NCBI GenBank assembly: GCA_963749035.1
Contig: CAVVKW010000001.1
Span: forward strand, 142,128-206,127
DNA: 64,000 bases
Source: an uncultured Verrucomicrobiae bacterium
GTDB lineage: Bacteria > Verrucomicrobiota > Verrucomicrobiia > Chthoniobacterales > JAATET01
Reading direction: 5' to 3'
The notes beneath the pieces were generated by a model that was not told the origin of the DNA, searched no databases, and saw only the letters and a list, made by a program, of their open reading frames with translations. Position 1 is the stretch's first letter; each line of letters opens with the position of its first letter. This document shows positions 32,908-40,935 of the stretch, piece after piece. The position numbers and the translations under genes were made by a program.

Positions 32908-35262
32908 ATGCAGTTCTTCGCCCACACCGATCCGGACCACCCCGATCCCGGCGATGCCGCCCGGCATTGGGAGCCCCTCTTCACGCCGTTCGGCGAAGGC
33001 CCGGACGAATGCCGGCAAGACGCCTGCAAAAGGTGCGAGTCGCTTGACCGCTTCCACGGCCACCTCAACAAAGTCGCTTGGTGGACCGCCAAATTCGCCG
33101 CAGAAATGTTTCCCCCCGGCCCCGACCGGGAATCCGCCCACCAATGGGGCACCCTCACCGGCCTCTGGCACGACCTCGGGAAATTTGCACCTGAGTGGCA
33201 GGACTATCTCGAAGCTAAATCCGATCCTCACTCGACCGAGATCGCCGGAAAACTCGATCATTCGTCGGCCGGAGCCCGACACGCCGTCAGCCGAATTCCC
33301 CACGTCGGCACCTTCCTGGCCTACTTAATCGCCGGACATCACGCCGGTTTGGCCGACGGAATTTCCGACTCGAATACCAGTCTCGAAAACCGCCTTCGAC
33401 TGCGCCCCACGTCTCTCGACGGCCCACCCGAACTTCTCGCGTTCGCAAATACTCTCCCACCCATTCCCCTAGCATCCGACTCCGGCCCCAGCCACGCATT
33501 TTTCCTCCGCTTCCTCTTCTCCGCCCTCGCCGACGCCGACTTCCTCTCCACTGAGGCGTTCATGTCCGCCGATCGCGCCCGCTTCCGCCCCACCGCGCAG
33601 CCCTCCATCGCCGCTCTCGAATCCACCCTTACCACCCACCTTGAGAATCTCGCCAGCAAAGCCCGCCCGTCCCCCGTCAATCAATACCGCGCCAACATCC
33701 TTCGCGATTGCCGATCAGCGGCCAACGCCCCCCCCGGCCTCTTCTCCCTCACCGTCCCCACGGGCGGCGGGAAGACCCTCTCGTCCCTGGCTTTCGCCGT
33801 CAGTCATGCCCGCATTCACGACCTCCGACGGATCATCTACGTAATCCCCTACACCTCCATCATCGAGCAAAACGCCGCTGTCTTCCGGGAAGCCCTCTCC
33901 GCACTCGGCCCGGACGTCGTCCTTGAGCATCACTCGAGCTTCGACCCCGACAAGGAGACCACCACCTCCCGCCTCGCCACCGAGAACTGGGACGCCCGCC
34001 TCATCGTCACCACCAACGTCCAATTTTTCGATTCCCTCCACGCTCACAAAACCTCCCGCTGCCGAAAACTCCACCGCATCGCCCGTTCGGTCGTCATCCT
34101 CGACGAGGCCCAATCCCTTCCCACCAAGTTTTTAGCCCCCTGCCTTCGCACCCTCGAAGAACTCACAGCCCACTATCAGACCTCCGTCGTTCTCTGCACC
34201 GCGACCCAGCCCGCCATCATCCGAAACGATGAATTTAAAATCGGCCTCCAGCCGCCCCGTGAGATCATCCCCGATCCCGCCGACCTCTACCAGTCCCTCC
34301 GCCGCGTCACCACCACCCGCCTACCTGGAAAAACTCTCGACGAACCCCTCATCCACCACCTTCGCGATCACCCCCAGGCCCTCTGCATCGTCAATACCCG
34401 CCGCCACGCCCGTTGTCTCTTCGACCTGCTTCCGAACGATCCCGCTCGTTTCCACCTTTCCGCCCTCGTGTGTCCCGAGCACCGCACCGAAAAGCTCCGC
34501 ACTATCAAACACCGTCTCGACACCGACCTCTCCGTTCATCTCATCTCGACTCAACTCATCGAAGCTGGCGTCGACATTGACTTCCCCGTTGTCTTCCGAG
34601 CACTCGCCGGTCTCGACTCCATCGCCCAATCGGCAGGCCGCTGCGATCGCGAAGGCCGCCTCACCGCCGCAGCCGGCACTCCCGCCGGCCGCCTGTTCCT
34701 TTTCGAGCCACCAGCCGCTCCACCTCCCGGCTTTCTCGCCTCCACCGCCGCCTCCGCCGCCGAAGTCCTGTCCGCCGACCCGACTGATCCCCTCGATCTC
34801 TCCGTGATCGAATCCTATTTCCGGACCCATTACTGGAAACACGAGAACTCCACCGACGAAAAAAACATCCGCGACTGCTGGCCGCGCGAGCCGCTACGGC
34901 ATCCCCGCCAACTCCTCCAGTATAAGTTCAAGACCTGCGGCGAAACCTTCCGCCTGATCGATAACGACTACACGCAACCCGTCCTCATCCCCTACGGCGA
35001 CAAAGGCCGTCACCTCTGCGACCTGCTCCGCGAGACTTTCGACCCCTCCGAAATCCGCGACCTCGCCCGAAAGCTCCAGCGCTTCACCGTCAACATCCCC
35101 CCACACCAGCACGCCGCCCTACTTCGTGCCGGAATTCTCATCCCCCTCCACGACACGCGCTTTTTTCTTCTCAATTCCGCGCCACACTACGACGACGAAT
35201 GCGGCCTCCATCCCGAGCCCGACCTCACTCTCGACCCCTGCCATTTTCTTATCGCCGGATGA
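32908..35262 (+). CDS. cas3: Cas3 HD nuclease / SF2 helicase (type I-C)
   Basis: HD region (HLNKVAWW..LWHDLGKF..LDHSSAGARH); helicase motifs (TVPTGGGKT, VILDEAQ, LCTATQP); C-terminal domain. ATG 32908 preferred over TTG 32893. Confidence 0.95.
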   Translation: MQFFAHTDPDHPDPGDAARHWEPLFTPFGEGPDECRQDACKRCESLDRFHGHLNKVAWWTAKFAAEMFPPGPDRESAHQWGTLTGLWHDLGKFAPEWQDYLEAKSDPHSTEIAGKLDHSSAGARHAVSRIPHVGTFLAYLIAGHHAGLADGISDSNTSLENRLRLRPTSLDGPPELLAFANTLPPIPLASDSGPSHAFFLRFLFSALADADFLSTEAFMSADRARFRPTAQPSIAALESTLTTHLENLASKARPSPVNQYRANILRDCRSAANAPPGLFSLTVPTGGGKTLSSLAFAVSHARIHDLRRIIYVIPYTSIIEQNAAVFREALSALGPDVVLEHHSSFDPDKETTTSRLATENWDARLIVTTNVQFFDSLHAHKTSRCRKLHRIARSVVILDEAQSLPTKFLAPCLRTLEELTAHYQTSVVLCTATQPAIIRNDEFKIGLQPPREIIPDPADLYQSLRRVTTTRLPGKTLDEPLIHHLRDHPQALCIVNTRRHARCLFDLLPNDPARFHLSALVCPEHRTEKLRTIKHRLDTDLSVHLISTQLIEAGVDIDFPVVFRALAGLDSIAQSAGRCDREGRLTAAAGTPAGRLFLFEPPAAPPPGFLASTAASAAEVLSADPTDPLDLSVIESYFRTHYWKHENSTDEKNIRDCWPREPLRHPRQLLQYKFKTCGETFRLIDNDYTQPVLIPYGDKGRHLCDLLRETFDPSEIRDLARKLQRFTVNIPPHQHAALLRAGILIPLHDTRFFLLNSAPHYDDECGLHPEPDLTLDPCHFLIAG

Positions 35263-35352
35263 CCCTCTCCTTCTGCACGAACGCAAGGTTGAAATAAGCC
35301 CTATTCTCAATAGGCTTCTGCAAAAGGGAAATACCAAGACCGACCCGCGACC

Positions 35353-35586
35353 ATGCAAACCATCGACTGCGCCCACATCCCATTCCCCGCATCACTCCTT
35401 GAGTCGCTTAAACACGGCGAAACGATCGCCGTGCTCGACAAATCCCGCACGCTCGCCTTCATCGTTCCCGGGTCACCTTCCACTAAATCCCGCCCGTTTG
35501 GTTGCGCCAAGGGAGAATTCACGCTCGCCGACGACTTCAACGACCCGGACCCGGAAGTCGAAAGCCTGTTCTACGGAACAAACTGA
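35353..35586 (+). CDS. Phd/YefM-like type II antitoxin (PIN-associated)
   Basis: 77 aa. The C-terminal RPFGCAKGEFTLADDFNDPDPEVESLF is the typical tail of antitoxins paired with VapC-type PIN toxins. Same architecture as the antitoxin at 57333. Confidence 0.7.
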   Translation: MQTIDCAHIPFPASLLESLKHGETIAVLDKSRTLAFIVPGSPSTKSRPFGCAKGEFTLADDFNDPDPEVESLFYGTN

Positions 35587-35593
35587 ATCGCAA

Positions 35594-35691
35594 AATCGAA
35601 TCCCCGACCCGCAAAAACGAGCCGGGGAAATTCGATGGCAATGAGAGCCTTCGGATTAGAATTTCAATCCCCACCACGAAATCGTAGCGAC
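35594..35691 (-). ncRNA. Candidate degenerate mini-CRISPR RNA (psi-repeat, 34-nt psi-spacer, hairpin/terminator), creA/creR-like
   Basis: Minus strand 35691->35661 reads GTCGCTACGATTTCGTGGTGGGGATTGAAAT; the array repeat is GTCGCCCCCTCACACGGGGGCGCGGATTGAAAC. The first 5 nt are identical and 9 of the last 11 match. A replacement 6-bp stem (CGCUAC/GUGGUG) with a 6-nt loop keeps the geometry. A 34-nt spacer-like segment follows (35660->35627). Then comes a 10-bp hairpin CCCCGGCUCG-UUUUUG-CGGGUCGGGG (35627->35602) followed by AUUCGAUUUUG, starting where the next repeat would start. Confidence 0.6.
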
Positions 35692-35694
35692 CTC

Positions 35695-35726
35695 TTGACA
35701 ATAGCTGCCCAACCTCTATTGTTCAA
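35695..35726. promoter_or_regulatory. Palindromic pair of overlapping divergent sigma70-like promoters
   Basis: TTGACAATAG-n11-CTATTGTTCAA. Plus strand: TTGACA (35695-35700), 16 nt, TATTGT (35717-35722). Minus strand: TTGAAC (35726->35721), 17 nt, TATTGT (35703->35698). The predicted minus-strand TSS (about 35691) is the first nt of the psi-repeat. Confidence 0.5.
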
Positions 35727-35729
35727 GCC

Positions 35730-35766
35730 TTCTCTAAACAGAATGCTCTATGTCCACCGTTAGATA
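35730..35766 (+). promoter_or_regulatory. TTC-PAM-flanked partial protospacer matching the psi-spacer (candidate Cascade operator)
   Basis: TTC (35730-35732), then TCTAAACAGAATGCTCT, against psi-spacer TCTAATCCGAAGGCTCT. That is 14/17 identical, with mismatches at positions 6, 8 and 12. Identity is 4/17 over the remaining positions. The site lies between the predicted plus-strand TSS and the PIN ATG (35770). Confidence 0.55.
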
Positions 35767-35769
35767 GAT

Positions 35770-36153
35770 ATGAATTTTCTCTGCGATACTCATGCCTTTC
35801 TTTGGTTCGCCGGCGGGGATTCACGACTGCGTCAGGATCAGCGAGAAGCCCTCGAGGACACCGGAAACATCATTTTCCTAAGTTCGGTCTCATCCACTGA
35901 GATTGCCATCAAGCACAGCATCGGCAAACTCCCGTTGCCGGAATCCCCCGAGATCTACGTTCCACGGCTTCGCGAACGAGTTCAATTTTCGGAACTCCCG
36001 TTGGATGAACGAGCGTCCCTCCGCCTCGCGACCTTACCCCTCCTCCACCGCGATCCCTTTGATCGCCTCCTGATCTGCCAAGCTCTCACCCTCGAAATCA
36101 CAATCGTAACCTCCGACTCCCACGTCCGCCAATACGACGTCCCGACCCTCTAA
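35770..36153 (+). CDS. vapC: PIN-domain (VapC-like) toxin embedded between cas3 and cas5
   Basis: FLCDTHAFLWF...EIAIKHSIGKLPLP...HRDPFDRLLICQA...IVTSD. Same subfamily as the free-standing PIN at 57566. Confidence 0.85.
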   Translation: MNFLCDTHAFLWFAGGDSRLRQDQREALEDTGNIIFLSSVSSTEIAIKHSIGKLPLPESPEIYVPRLRERVQFSELPLDERASLRLATLPLLHRDPFDRLLICQALTLEITIVTSDSHVRQYDVPTL

Positions 36154-36162
36154 TCTCACCCC

Positions 36163-36849
36163 ATGTCCTACGGTATCAAAATCCACGTCTGGGGCGAATT
36201 CGCCTGTTTCACCCGCCCGGAAATGAAAGCCGAGCGCGTTACCTACGAAGTCATCACGCCCTCAGCCGCCCGCGGCATCCTCGAAGCCATTTACTGGAAG
36301 CCCCAAATCCGCTGGGTCATTGACAAACTTCACCTCCTCACCCCCGTCCGCTTCACCAGCATTCGCCGTAACGAAGTGGGCAAAAAAATGTTCTCGCCCT
36401 CTCAATCCGTCATGAGCAGCGCAGAGCCGGTCACCGTCGGACTTGCCGTCGAAGACGAGCGCCAGCAACGCGCCTCTCTCGTCCTCCGCGATGTCGCCTA
36501 CATCATCGAAGCCCATTTCGAACTCATCGACCGCACCGAACCCGAAGGCAAGCACCTCGACATGTTCAACCGCCGCGCCCGCCGCGGCCAATACTTTCAC
36601 CATCCCTATCTTGGTACCCGCGAATTCCCCGCCGACTTCGCCCTCATCGAATCCGATCACCCCGCTTCACAGCTCCCGCCCGCCAACCGCGACAGGGACT
36701 TCGGCTTCATGCTCCACGACATCGAATTCGATCAGGATCCCCGGACCAAAAAAGTCCGCAACACCACGCCCCGCTTTTATCCAGCCGTCATGAAGAATGG
36801 CGTCATCGACGTGCAGCAATGCCTTCGCAACTCCCCCCTCGGTCGATGA
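36163..36849 (+). CDS. cas5: Cas5c (Cas5d) crRNA endoribonuclease, type I-C
   Basis: MSYGIKIHVWGEFACFTRPEMKAERVTYEVITPSAARGILEAIYWKP is the canonical Cas5 I-C N-terminus. Confidence 0.93.
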   Translation: MSYGIKIHVWGEFACFTRPEMKAERVTYEVITPSAARGILEAIYWKPQIRWVIDKLHLLTPVRFTSIRRNEVGKKMFSPSQSVMSSAEPVTVGLAVEDERQQRASLVLRDVAYIIEAHFELIDRTEPEGKHLDMFNRRARRGQYFHHPYLGTREFPADFALIESDHPASQLPPANRDRDFGFMLHDIEFDQDPRTKKVRNTTPRFYPAVMKNGVIDVQQCLRNSPLGR

Positions 36850-38729
36850 TCCTCCAATCGCTCAACCAGCTTTACGGACGCCTCGCCGAAGACGACGACT
36901 ACCAACTCCCCCAGCCCGGCTACGCCACTCAGAACATCACCTTCCGCATCGTTCTTAATCCCGACGGCTCCCTTCAAAACATGGAAGACGCCCGCCAACC
37001 CATCACCGAGACACTCAGATCGGGAAAGACCAAAACCAGGCACGTCCCCCGGCAAATGCTCGTTCCCGATCTCGGCGGACGCACTTCCGGCATCAAACCC
37101 TACTTCCTCAGCGACAAACTCGCCTACCTCACCGGCTACGACAAGGACTCCGGCAAACGCGCCTTGGCGGAAAACCAGTTCGCCGCCTCCAAAGAGCTTC
37201 ACATCGCACTCGCCGCCCAGATCGAATCCGACGAATTCAAAGCCGTCTGTGCTCATTTCGAGCACTTCCACTGGGAGACCGCAACCGATCTGCTCGAAGA
37301 ATGCGCCCCATTCGCCTCCACCGGCTTCGGTGTTTTCCGCGTCCTGCCGGTCCGCGCCAACGTCCACGAACTCCAATCCATCCGCGACTACTGGGCCGCG
37401 AGAAAACCAGCCGCAACGGATGAACCCGAAACCGAAGGCCAATGCCTCGTCACCGGCGAAACCCTCCCGCTCGCCAGAATTCACGAGCCAAAATTTGGAG
37501 GCTTCGGAACCGACAAGCCCCTCCTAGTCTCCTTCAACGACCCAGCCTACCGCTCCTACGGCAAAGACCAATCCTACAACGCCCCCGTCTCCCGCCAAGC
37601 CACCTTCCAATACTGCAACGCCCTCAACGCACTCCTCTCCGGCCCTCGCTCCCACCGCCATCGCATTACGATCGGTGATGTCACCACCGTCTTTTGGACC
37701 GAACACGAAACCATCATCGAAGAGAAATTCGCCGCATTCTTCCGGGGCGAAATTGACACTCCTGAGAACCCGGCATCCCCGGCATCCGAAGACCGCAACG
37801 CCCACCAACGCCTCGACGCATTTCTTCGCCTCTTCCGCCGGGGCTCAGCCACCACTCTCGAAGACCTCGACGTCGATCCCGGCACAAAATTTTACATCCT
37901 CGGAGTCTCCAAGGTCACCAAAAGCCGCCTCGCCGTCCGTTACTGGCACGTCGGCACCATCCGCGAAATGATCGGCCGCCTCCGCGATCACTTCGACTGC
38001 CTCGCCATCCAACGCGCTTTCGACAACGAACCCGAATTCCCCTCCGCCAATCGCCTCCTCGATCAGACCGCCCCATTTCGAAACGGCAAATACGACCGCA
38101 AGACCATCTCCCCACTCCTCGGCGGCCAGCTTCTCCAGTCCATCCTTGGAGGCACACCCTATCCAATTGCCCTCGTCCAAGGCGTCCTTCACCGCCTCCG
38201 CGCCAACGACCCCATCAACTATCTCAAAGCTTCCATTCTCAAAGCCTTCCTAACCCGCAACCGCCAACAACCCATCCCCATGAGCCTTAATTTCGAAATC
38301 ACCGAACCCGCTTACCTAATGGGCCGCCTCTTCGCAGCCTTGGAAAAAACCCAGGAAGACGCCCTCGGCAAAGTCAACGCCGGACTCCGCGAGCGTTTCT
38401 ACGGCAGTGCATCCGCTTCGCCAGCGAGCGTCTTCCCCCGCATCCTTCGAACCTATCAGCATCACCTTGCCAGAATGACTAGCGGAGCTTTGGCCGATCA
38501 TGTCGGAGCGGAGAGGGCCGCGAAGGCAAAGGTCAGTCGCGAAAAATTAATCCGATCCATTCACGACTCAATCGATGCGAATATCGGCTATCCCGTTCAT
38601 TTCACATTGGAGGAACAGGGGCTGTTCGCCATCGGCTATTACCAACAGCGCCAGGCATTTTTTAAACCTTCTGGATCATCATCCGATCTCAACAACCAAG
38701 ACTCAACCACCACCCAAACCAACCCATGA
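36846..38729 (+). CDS. cas8c: Cas8c large subunit (Csd1), type I-C
   Basis: [17 protein letters not shown]... with an ATGA overlap onto cas5. Size and position are typical. Confidence 0.9.
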   Translation: MILQSLNQLYGRLAEDDDYQLPQPGYATQNITFRIVLNPDGSLQNMEDARQPITETLRSGKTKTRHVPRQMLVPDLGGRTSGIKPYFLSDKLAYLTGYDKDSGKRALAENQFAASKELHIALAAQIESDEFKAVCAHFEHFHWETATDLLEECAPFASTGFGVFRVLPVRANVHELQSIRDYWAARKPAATDEPETEGQCLVTGETLPLARIHEPKFGGFGTDKPLLVSFNDPAYRSYGKDQSYNAPVSRQATFQYCNALNALLSGPRSHRHRITIGDVTTVFWTEHETIIEEKFAAFFRGEIDTPENPASPASEDRNAHQRLDAFLRLFRRGSATTLEDLDVDPGTKFYILGVSKVTKSRLAVRYWHVGTIREMIGRLRDHFDCLAIQRAFDNEPEFPSANRLLDQTAPFRNGKYDRKTISPLLGGQLLQSILGGTPYPIALVQGVLHRLRANDPINYLKASILKAFLTRNRQQPIPMSLNFEITEPAYLMGRLFAALEKTQEDALGKVNAGLRERFYGSASASPASVFPRILRTYQHHLARMTSGALADHVGAERAAKAKVSREKLIRSIHDSIDANIGYPVHFTLEEQGLFAIGYYQQRQAFFKPSGSSSDLNNQDSTTTQTNP

Positions 38730-39583
38730 ACCGCACCGACTTCATCTACCTCTTCGATTGCACCGACGCCAACCCGAACGGCGACCCCGACGCCGGCAAC
38801 CTTCCCCGCCTCGATCCCGAGACCGGCCAGGGCCTCACCACCGACGTCATGCTCAAACGGAAAATCCGCAATTTCGTTCAACTCACCAAAGGCGACGACC
38901 CCGGCCACGACATCTACGTCAAAGAAAAAGCCGTCCTCAATAACCAGCACGCCCGGGCCTACCAGGCACTGGAGCTCGATCCGAAAAAGGCAAAACAGGA
39001 ACAGCGCGATCAGGCTAAGGCGTGGATGTGCCAGAATTTCTACGACATCCGCACCTTCGGAGCCGTCATGACGACAGACGTGAATTGCGGCCAGGTCCGC
39101 GGTCCCATCCAACTCTCCTTCGCTCGCTCCATCGACCGAATCGTCACCGCCGAGCACTCAATCACCCGCATGGCCGTCACGAAAATCGAAGACGCCGGAA
39201 AGCAGTCCGGAGACAACCGCACCATGGGCCGCAAATTCACCGTCCCCTACGGCCTCTACAAAGCCCAAGGCTTCATCAACCCCTTCCTTGCCAAACAAAC
39301 AGGCTTCGACGACGACGATCGTGAGCTTCTGTTTCACGCGCTCGAAAACGCCTTTCAGTTCGACCAATCCGCCGCCCGCCCCGCAGGCTCCATGGCACCC
39401 CGCGCCCTGATCATTTTCGAACACAACTCCGAACTCGGTAGCGCCCCCAGCAATAAGCTTTTCGAGAGCGTTACCATCACACGCAAACCCGGTGTCACTA
39501 CCCCCCGATCCTTCGCCGACTACGAAGTCACCATCGACGAATCCGCCATCCCCGACGGCATCACCCTCACCCGCCGAATCTGA
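38726..39583 (+). CDS. cas7: Cas7c backbone subunit (Csd2), type I-C
   Basis: [34 protein letters not shown].. is the Csd2 signature. ATGA overlap with cas8c. Confidence 0.93.
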   Translation: MNRTDFIYLFDCTDANPNGDPDAGNLPRLDPETGQGLTTDVMLKRKIRNFVQLTKGDDPGHDIYVKEKAVLNNQHARAYQALELDPKKAKQEQRDQAKAWMCQNFYDIRTFGAVMTTDVNCGQVRGPIQLSFARSIDRIVTAEHSITRMAVTKIEDAGKQSGDNRTMGRKFTVPYGLYKAQGFINPFLAKQTGFDDDDRELLFHALENAFQFDQSAARPAGSMAPRALIIFEHNSELGSAPSNKLFESVTITRKPGVTTPRSFADYEVTIDESAIPDGITLTRRI

Positions 39584-39650
39584 AGCCGGCAGATCCGGGC
39601 CCTCCAGGCCCGAACTCCTCTCAACTCTCAACCATCAACTCTCACCCCCC

Positions 39651-40280
39651 CTGCCTGACTCCCTCCCCATCTCCGCGCTCCAACATTTGCTCTATTGCGA
39701 GCGGCAATGCGCGCTCATTCACATCGAGCGCCTCTGGACCGAGAACGTCTTCACCGCCGAAGGACGAGCCATGCACGAACGCGCGCACGACGGCCCCTCC
39801 GAATCACGCCCCGGCATTCGCACCGCCCGCGGGCTCAGCCTCATCTGTCAGCGGCTCGGTCTTCACGGCCAGGCTGACGTCGTCGAGTTCCATCGAGACG
39901 GCCCAGTCATCCCCGTCGAATACAAACGCGGTAAACCCAAGGCCCATCGCGCCGACGAAGTTCAACTCTGCGCCCAAGCCCTCTGCCTCGAGGAAATGCT
40001 CGGCCGCGAAGTCCCTTCCGGCAGCTTGTTCTACGGAAAAACCCACCGACGCCTCGACGTTGCTATCGATGCAGAGCTGCGCAAACTCACCGAGTCACTG
40101 ACAACCCGCCTCCACGCTATGGTTGCGGCCCGCGACACGCCACCACCGATTTTCGAATCCAAAAAATGCGGCGCGTGTTCCCTCATCGACGACTGCCTCC
40201 CTCGTCTGTCGAAACGGCCACGAGCTGGCGCCTGGTTCGAACGTCAGCTCCACACCGCCTTGACCCATGCAGACGAATAG
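39651..40280 (+). CDS. cas4: Cas4 RecB-like exonuclease (start codon unresolved)
   Basis: PISALQHLLYCERQCALIHIE..., and the C-terminal Cys cluster KKCGACSLIDDC. There is no ATG/GTG/TTG in frame between the cas7 stop and the conserved N-terminus. Options are CTG 39651, or ATG 39492 (92-nt overlap with cas7). Confidence 0.85.
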   Translation: MPDSLPISALQHLLYCERQCALIHIERLWTENVFTAEGRAMHERAHDGPSESRPGIRTARGLSLICQRLGLHGQADVVEFHRDGPVIPVEYKRGKPKAHRADEVQLCAQALCLEEMLGREVPSGSLFYGKTHRRLDVAIDAELRKLTESLTTRLHAMVAARDTPPPIFESKKCGACSLIDDCLPRLSKRPRAGAWFERQLHTALTHADE

Positions 40281-40295
40281 ACGATTTTAATCTGC

Positions 40296-40508
40296 ATGAG
40301 AACGACACTTAACCTCGATGACGACCTCATCGGTCAAGCCATGGAACTGACCGGAATCACGCAGAAAACCGAACTACTCCACCGCGGCCTACGCGAGCTC
40401 ATCGAACGCGAAGCCGCGCGACAACTCGCTGAGATGGGCGGCACCGCACCCGACTTCCAGCTCGCTTCCCGGCACCGCCGCCAAAAATGCCATGCCCGTC
40501 CTCGTTGA
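40296..40508 (+). CDS. vapB: VapB-type antitoxin (MRTTLNLDDDL family) between cas4 and cas1
   Basis: MRTTLNLDDDLIGQAMELTGITQKTELLHRGLRELIERE. Overlaps the downstream PIN gene by 17 nt. Confidence 0.85.
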   Translation: MRTTLNLDDDLIGQAMELTGITQKTELLHRGLRELIEREAARQLAEMGGTAPDFQLASRHRRQKCHARPR

Positions 40509-40875
40509 TACGTCCGTCTGGGTGGATCATTTGAATCGCGGTGAGCCCGCCCTCGCCCGCCTCCTTAGAGCGGGACGCGTCTGCACCCACGAGATCGTCC
40601 TCGGCGAGCTTCTCAGCGGCAACTTACCGGCTCGTTCACGAACGTCGGCAATCTTCCTCAACCTCCCCCGCCTGCAAACTGAGAAGTTTAAAGTAACACT
40701 CCGCTTCATCGAACATCACCGTCTCCACGGCCGAGGTTTGAATTGGAATGATCTCGGACTGCTCGCGTCCGTGGCAGTGGCCGACGCCTCCGAATTTTGG
40801 ACCCGAGACAAAACTCTTCGAACTTCCGCCGCCGAAATCGAAATCCCGCTCTTCGACGAAGGCATCAGCGACTGA
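40492..40875 (+). CDS. vapC: PIN-domain VapC toxin between cas4 and cas1
   Basis: MPVLVDTSVWVDHLNRGEP...THEIVLGELL...DLGLLASV. Confidence 0.85.
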   Translation: MPVLVDTSVWVDHLNRGEPALARLLRAGRVCTHEIVLGELLSGNLPARSRTSAIFLNLPRLQTEKFKVTLRFIEHHRLHGRGLNWNDLGLLASVAVADASEFWTRDKTLRTSAAEIEIPLFDEGISD

Positions 40876-40935
40876 CCTCTAGCCACACACCAGACACCAC
40901 TCAACTCTCAACTCTCAGCGACCGTCCCACCTCGC

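Noticed and set aside
35263-35330. A second repeat-like motif on the plus strand just after cas3 (aaggttgaaat, 35285-35295), followed by the hairpin aagccctatt-ctc-aataggctt. Its first 5 nt (aagcc) also follow a TTC at 35722-35724.
   Set aside because: Only 7/11 identity to the repeat tail, and no preserved stem geometry. The putative spacer matches the candidate target at only about 7/12 positions. This is more simply a post-cas3 hairpin and is kept as low-confidence only.
40876-40935. The minus strand upstream of cas1 begins GTCGCTGAGAGTTGAGAGTTGAG, sharing GTCGC with the CRISPR repeat.
   Set aside because: The rest is just the reverse complement of the CTCAACT heptamer block. There is no stem-loop and no ATTGAAAC-like tail (about 6/11), so it is a coincidental 5-mer.
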